DNA from: Octopus sinensis
Lineage: Eukaryota
Reading direction: 5' to 3'
Assembly (NCBI RefSeq): GCF_006345805.1
Contig: NC_042998.1
Coordinates: forward strand, 107,818,001-107,882,000
DNA length: 64,000 nt
Position 1 is the first letter of the stretch, and each line of letters begins with the position of its first letter. The translations under genes were made by a program, and so were the position numbers. Below the pieces are notes generated by a model. It made no database searches. It was not told where the DNA came from and was given only the letters and a program-made list of their open reading frames with translations. Positions 60,650 to 64,000 of the stretch are shown here, piece after piece.

Positions 60650-61600
60650 TTGATGTAATTTGTACAAGTTTCTCCTAAGTTTCGACAAGCGATGTCAAAG
60701 GGCAAGTTCTTGTATCTAAAGATGTTTATGTGTTATAAAAATAAAAATTCCTTTTATAAAATTTATATTAAAACCGAATGAATAAGATTGTATTTACAAG
60801 GAAAGCATTTTACATAAGATATGTGAGAAACCCTTAAGTATGATCTTGTACAATGTACTTATTTTGGGGTTGCCAGGAATTTGGTCTACATATTTGTTTA
60901 TTCCTTTTTATATCATTCCAAGTGCCCCAATAACAATAAATAATATGGTTGTTTTGTGATGCTATGTTCTTCTGATCTCTACCCCAAAGTCTTTATATTT
61001 GCTCAATTTCTAAAACATTTTCAGATATGTGTTTTTTCCCAGCTTGGGCTGCAACATTCATCAAAAGATATGTCTTTTCAACATGATTTTTCACAACTGG
61101 TTGATTGACATGAATTTCCCAGCCAGTCTGAACAAAGAAATTCCAAAGGATGGTAACCTCAGCATTCAGTACAACTTGTGGTGGTTTATATTCCTACCAA
61201 TGCTCTTTGTGGAGGAGATCGTATGTGCAGCATATGTACTGAGCCGCCTTATCATATCATTGCAAATACCCTGTAGGTGCCAATTGGCTGCGTCCAGAAA
61301 TTATGTAGTTGATTGTCTCTAGATATTCTCTGCATATATGACACAGTGGGCTGCTTTCATGTTTCAGAGCATTACTCTGGTAGTTTCTAGTTGGAAAGCA
61401 TTCAACCAGCAATAATATACCTCTCAATTTCCAGCTTGAGGACCAGAGTATGCTAGGCACTGATGAATAAGGATTTGGTCTCCCTTTGCCATGCAGTAAG
61501 TTTTGCTTCCACTTCTCCTTAGCATATTGGAAGCTGATTTGTTTGACTATATTTCTTATTGTAGTGTTGTATAGTTGGAAGCAGCAGAAAGACAAAGTTG
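60650..61600 (-). mobile_element. Second, diverged R4/Dong-clade fragment
   Basis: KWKQNLLHGK...CHICREYLETINYIISG...LAPTGYL.RHDK...ILWNFFVQT...VIGALG. Confidence 0.8.
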
Positions 61601-61799
61601 ACCTTTTGGAATTTGGCCTAAGAATGTGAAGAACTGGAACAAATATTGCAAGGCATTTTTTCTGACACTAACAATTCTGCCAATCCAATAGTAATATTAT
61701 AACCTTTGATAAGAAGAAACATTGTACTGTAATCAAATATGGCATTGCACATAAGAAAAAAGGAAAAGGTAAAAGTAGAGTTATATATCAAATTGCAAT

Positions 61800-62100
61800 C
61801 TTTCAATGTTGCAACAAAGAAATCAACAAGATTATGATCTAGCTAATTATTATTGGATCATTGGGGCTTTGGGAATTGTTATGATAAGTTTGAGTGCAAC
61901 CCTTGGAAAATTAGAACTTCATCTGGGAATGTATGTAGTGCAGAAAACTGGTTTACTAGGTTCAGCAAAAATTATCCAGAAAGTCAGAACAGACATCAAG
62001 GGTGGAAAAAATACTCCTTATTCTAGACCATGAGTTTGGGTTTGATAGGATGCATAGTTAAAGCAGTTACAATACCAATATCACATAACAGCATAGTAAT
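61800..62100 (+). mobile_element. Third R4/Dong-like C-terminal fragment, opposite orientation
   Basis: ORF 61806-62033: IIGALG...VVQKTGLLGSAKIIQKV; short (TAA)n near 62097. Confidence 0.65.
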
Positions 62101-62919
62101 AATAATGTTTATTTGATAAATTTTCTATCATTGTGTGTGTGAGTCCTGCAGAGATACACATATTAGATAGTGTGTGTGTATATGTGCGTGTGTGTATGTG
62201 TGTGTGTGTGTGTGTGCATTTGTGTGTGTGAGCCTTGCAGCTATGTTGAACATATAGGATGGTGTCTGGTGAGACCTTCATGTGTGCTATATATATTGCA
62301 CATACTTTAATTATAATTCAAACATCAAAACTTAAGATTAGTGAGAAATGGGGAAAAGAAGTATTCTATTATAAGATTGTGCTATTGGTGCTTAGAGATA
62401 AATTAGATAAAAGAGGAAAGCTTGCCATGTGTTTCAAGTGTGAACATATTGATTAATATAATCAGAGAGCAGATGGGATTTTTTTTTCAGGAATGATAAA
62501 TTTGCAGTTGGCAGTATACATGTGATTTTAAAAAAAATATATAAAAAAGAAATGCACCAGGAAATACTAAATGTAAATTAATTAACATCTAGAAATCACA
62601 TTTATTGAATTATGTGGATCAATAATTTATTAAAGGTTTTAAGAGTTTTGTATGGTAAGAAAAGAGGAACAGGATATTATGAGGATACTTGGATTGTCAC
62701 AGCAGTTTATGATGATGATGACAGCAGTAATAAGGATGTCATTAAGGACAATGGTAAGGAAGTTGATAACAGTAGTTGGGTTTATAATATTGGGAGTTGA
62801 CATCCATTGTCAAATTCTTATTAATTTAGTAATGTTTCACCTATAAATTGCATCTAAACTAATCACTATTAAATCATTATGAAGATTAACATCAGAATTA
62901 GTGTAGTAATTTTCCTATG

Positions 62920-64000
62920 TCCACCCATGTCCAATAGTAGAGTTCTTATTCTGACAGTGTGAAAATATGATAAATAATGATATAGATAAAAAAAGAGGAA
63001 GTTTGCCTATGTTCACCGATGTGAGGACCAAAGTGTTCTGAATTGCATGACAGTGTGTGAGAGAAAATTGTGATTTCATAGGATAGAAATGTGTCCACAT
63101 AAATGATGGTGCACTTGCATTTAGTGATTCTGTAAAGAAAGAGGCATGGAAATGCCATTATGGAAGACTGCTGAATGTAGAGAATGAATGAAAGGAGGAG
63201 GGTATACCAAATGTTGACTCAATTGAGGGACCAGCTACCCGAATCAACAGTACCTTGGTAAATAAAGCAATTAAGGTCATGAAGCCAAGGAAAGCCCCCA
63301 GCCCTTCAGGAGTCACTGCTGAGATACTTAAAATATCTGGCAGTGTAGGTTATGATCTAGTTACCTGTATCGTAAATCAGGTAGTTCAAGAAGGAGTCAC
63401 ACCTAATGACTGGTGTAGCAGCACCATAGTCAACTGCTACAAAGGTAAAGGTGATGTCTTGGATAGAAATAATTACAGAGGTATCAAATTGTTGGATTAG
63501 GTAATGAAAGTTACGGAGAGAGTCATAACCCAACTACTTAGTGGGGAATTAGTCTAGATGAGATGCAGTTTGGTTTTGTGCCAAGGAGAAGCACCATTGA
63601 TGTTATATTTCTGGTAAGGCACCTGCAGGAGAAATACATAGCCAAAGATAAACTTCTATACTTAGCTTTTGTTGACTTGGAGAAAGCTTTTGACAGGGTC
63701 CCCCGATCCCTTATCTGGTGGTCAATGTGGCAACTAGGGATAGATGAGTGGCTGGTGAGAGCTGTACAAGCCAGCTACAATGTTGCTACCAGTAAGGTGA
63801 GGATTGGCAACAAGTACAGTGAAGAATTCAAGGTACAAGTAAGGGTTTATCAAGGATCAGTCCTAATCCCCCTCTTGTTCATCATAGTCCTCCAGGCAAT
63901 AACAAGAGGAATTTAAGAGAGGCTCTATACCGATGATCTTGTTCTTATAGCTGAATCACTACCAGAACTAGAGAAGAAGTTTCATGTATCAAAGCAAGGT
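62920..64000 (+). mobile_element. RTE-clade LINE reverse-transcriptase region, running off the window end
   Basis: KAPSPSGVTAE, YKGKGDVLDRNNYRGIKLL, QFGFVPRRSTID, AFVDLEKAFDRVPR, GVYQG-like RVYQGSVLIPLLFIIV, and Y-DDL; interrupted by stops. Confidence 0.93.

Noticed and set aside
60665-60710. Hammerhead-like GACA-loop-TGTC-GAAAC on the minus strand
   Set aside because: The upstream core reads CTTT/CTTTGA instead of CTGANGA; too degenerate.

Overview
AT-rich, repeat-dense animal genomic DNA. The SINE/RTE/Penelope repertoire resembles octopus/coleoid DNA; this is pattern recognition, not a database result. The only host gene I can support is an MFSD12 orthologue (MFS lysosomal/melanosomal cysteine transporter family) on the minus strand. 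Seven coding exons (50405-50424, 29195-29505, 16262-16469, 11356-11464, 9840-10022, 3657-3749, 2679-2771) splice phase-consistently into 339 codons, and the gene runs off the left edge. One intron has a GC donor. A CpG-retaining zone (~46.5-52.2 kb) surrounds exon 1. The rest is transposon fossils: mariner, DD41D and maT-like elements, a full-length Chapaev3-like copy, hAT and piggyBac-type MITEs, RTE and R4/Dong LINEs, Penelope-like elements (one with a hammerhead-like motif) and tRNA-headed SINEs. The most intriguing unexplained structure is an old ~400-bp inverted duplication in intron 1 with an in-frame candidate cassette exon near its loop apex.
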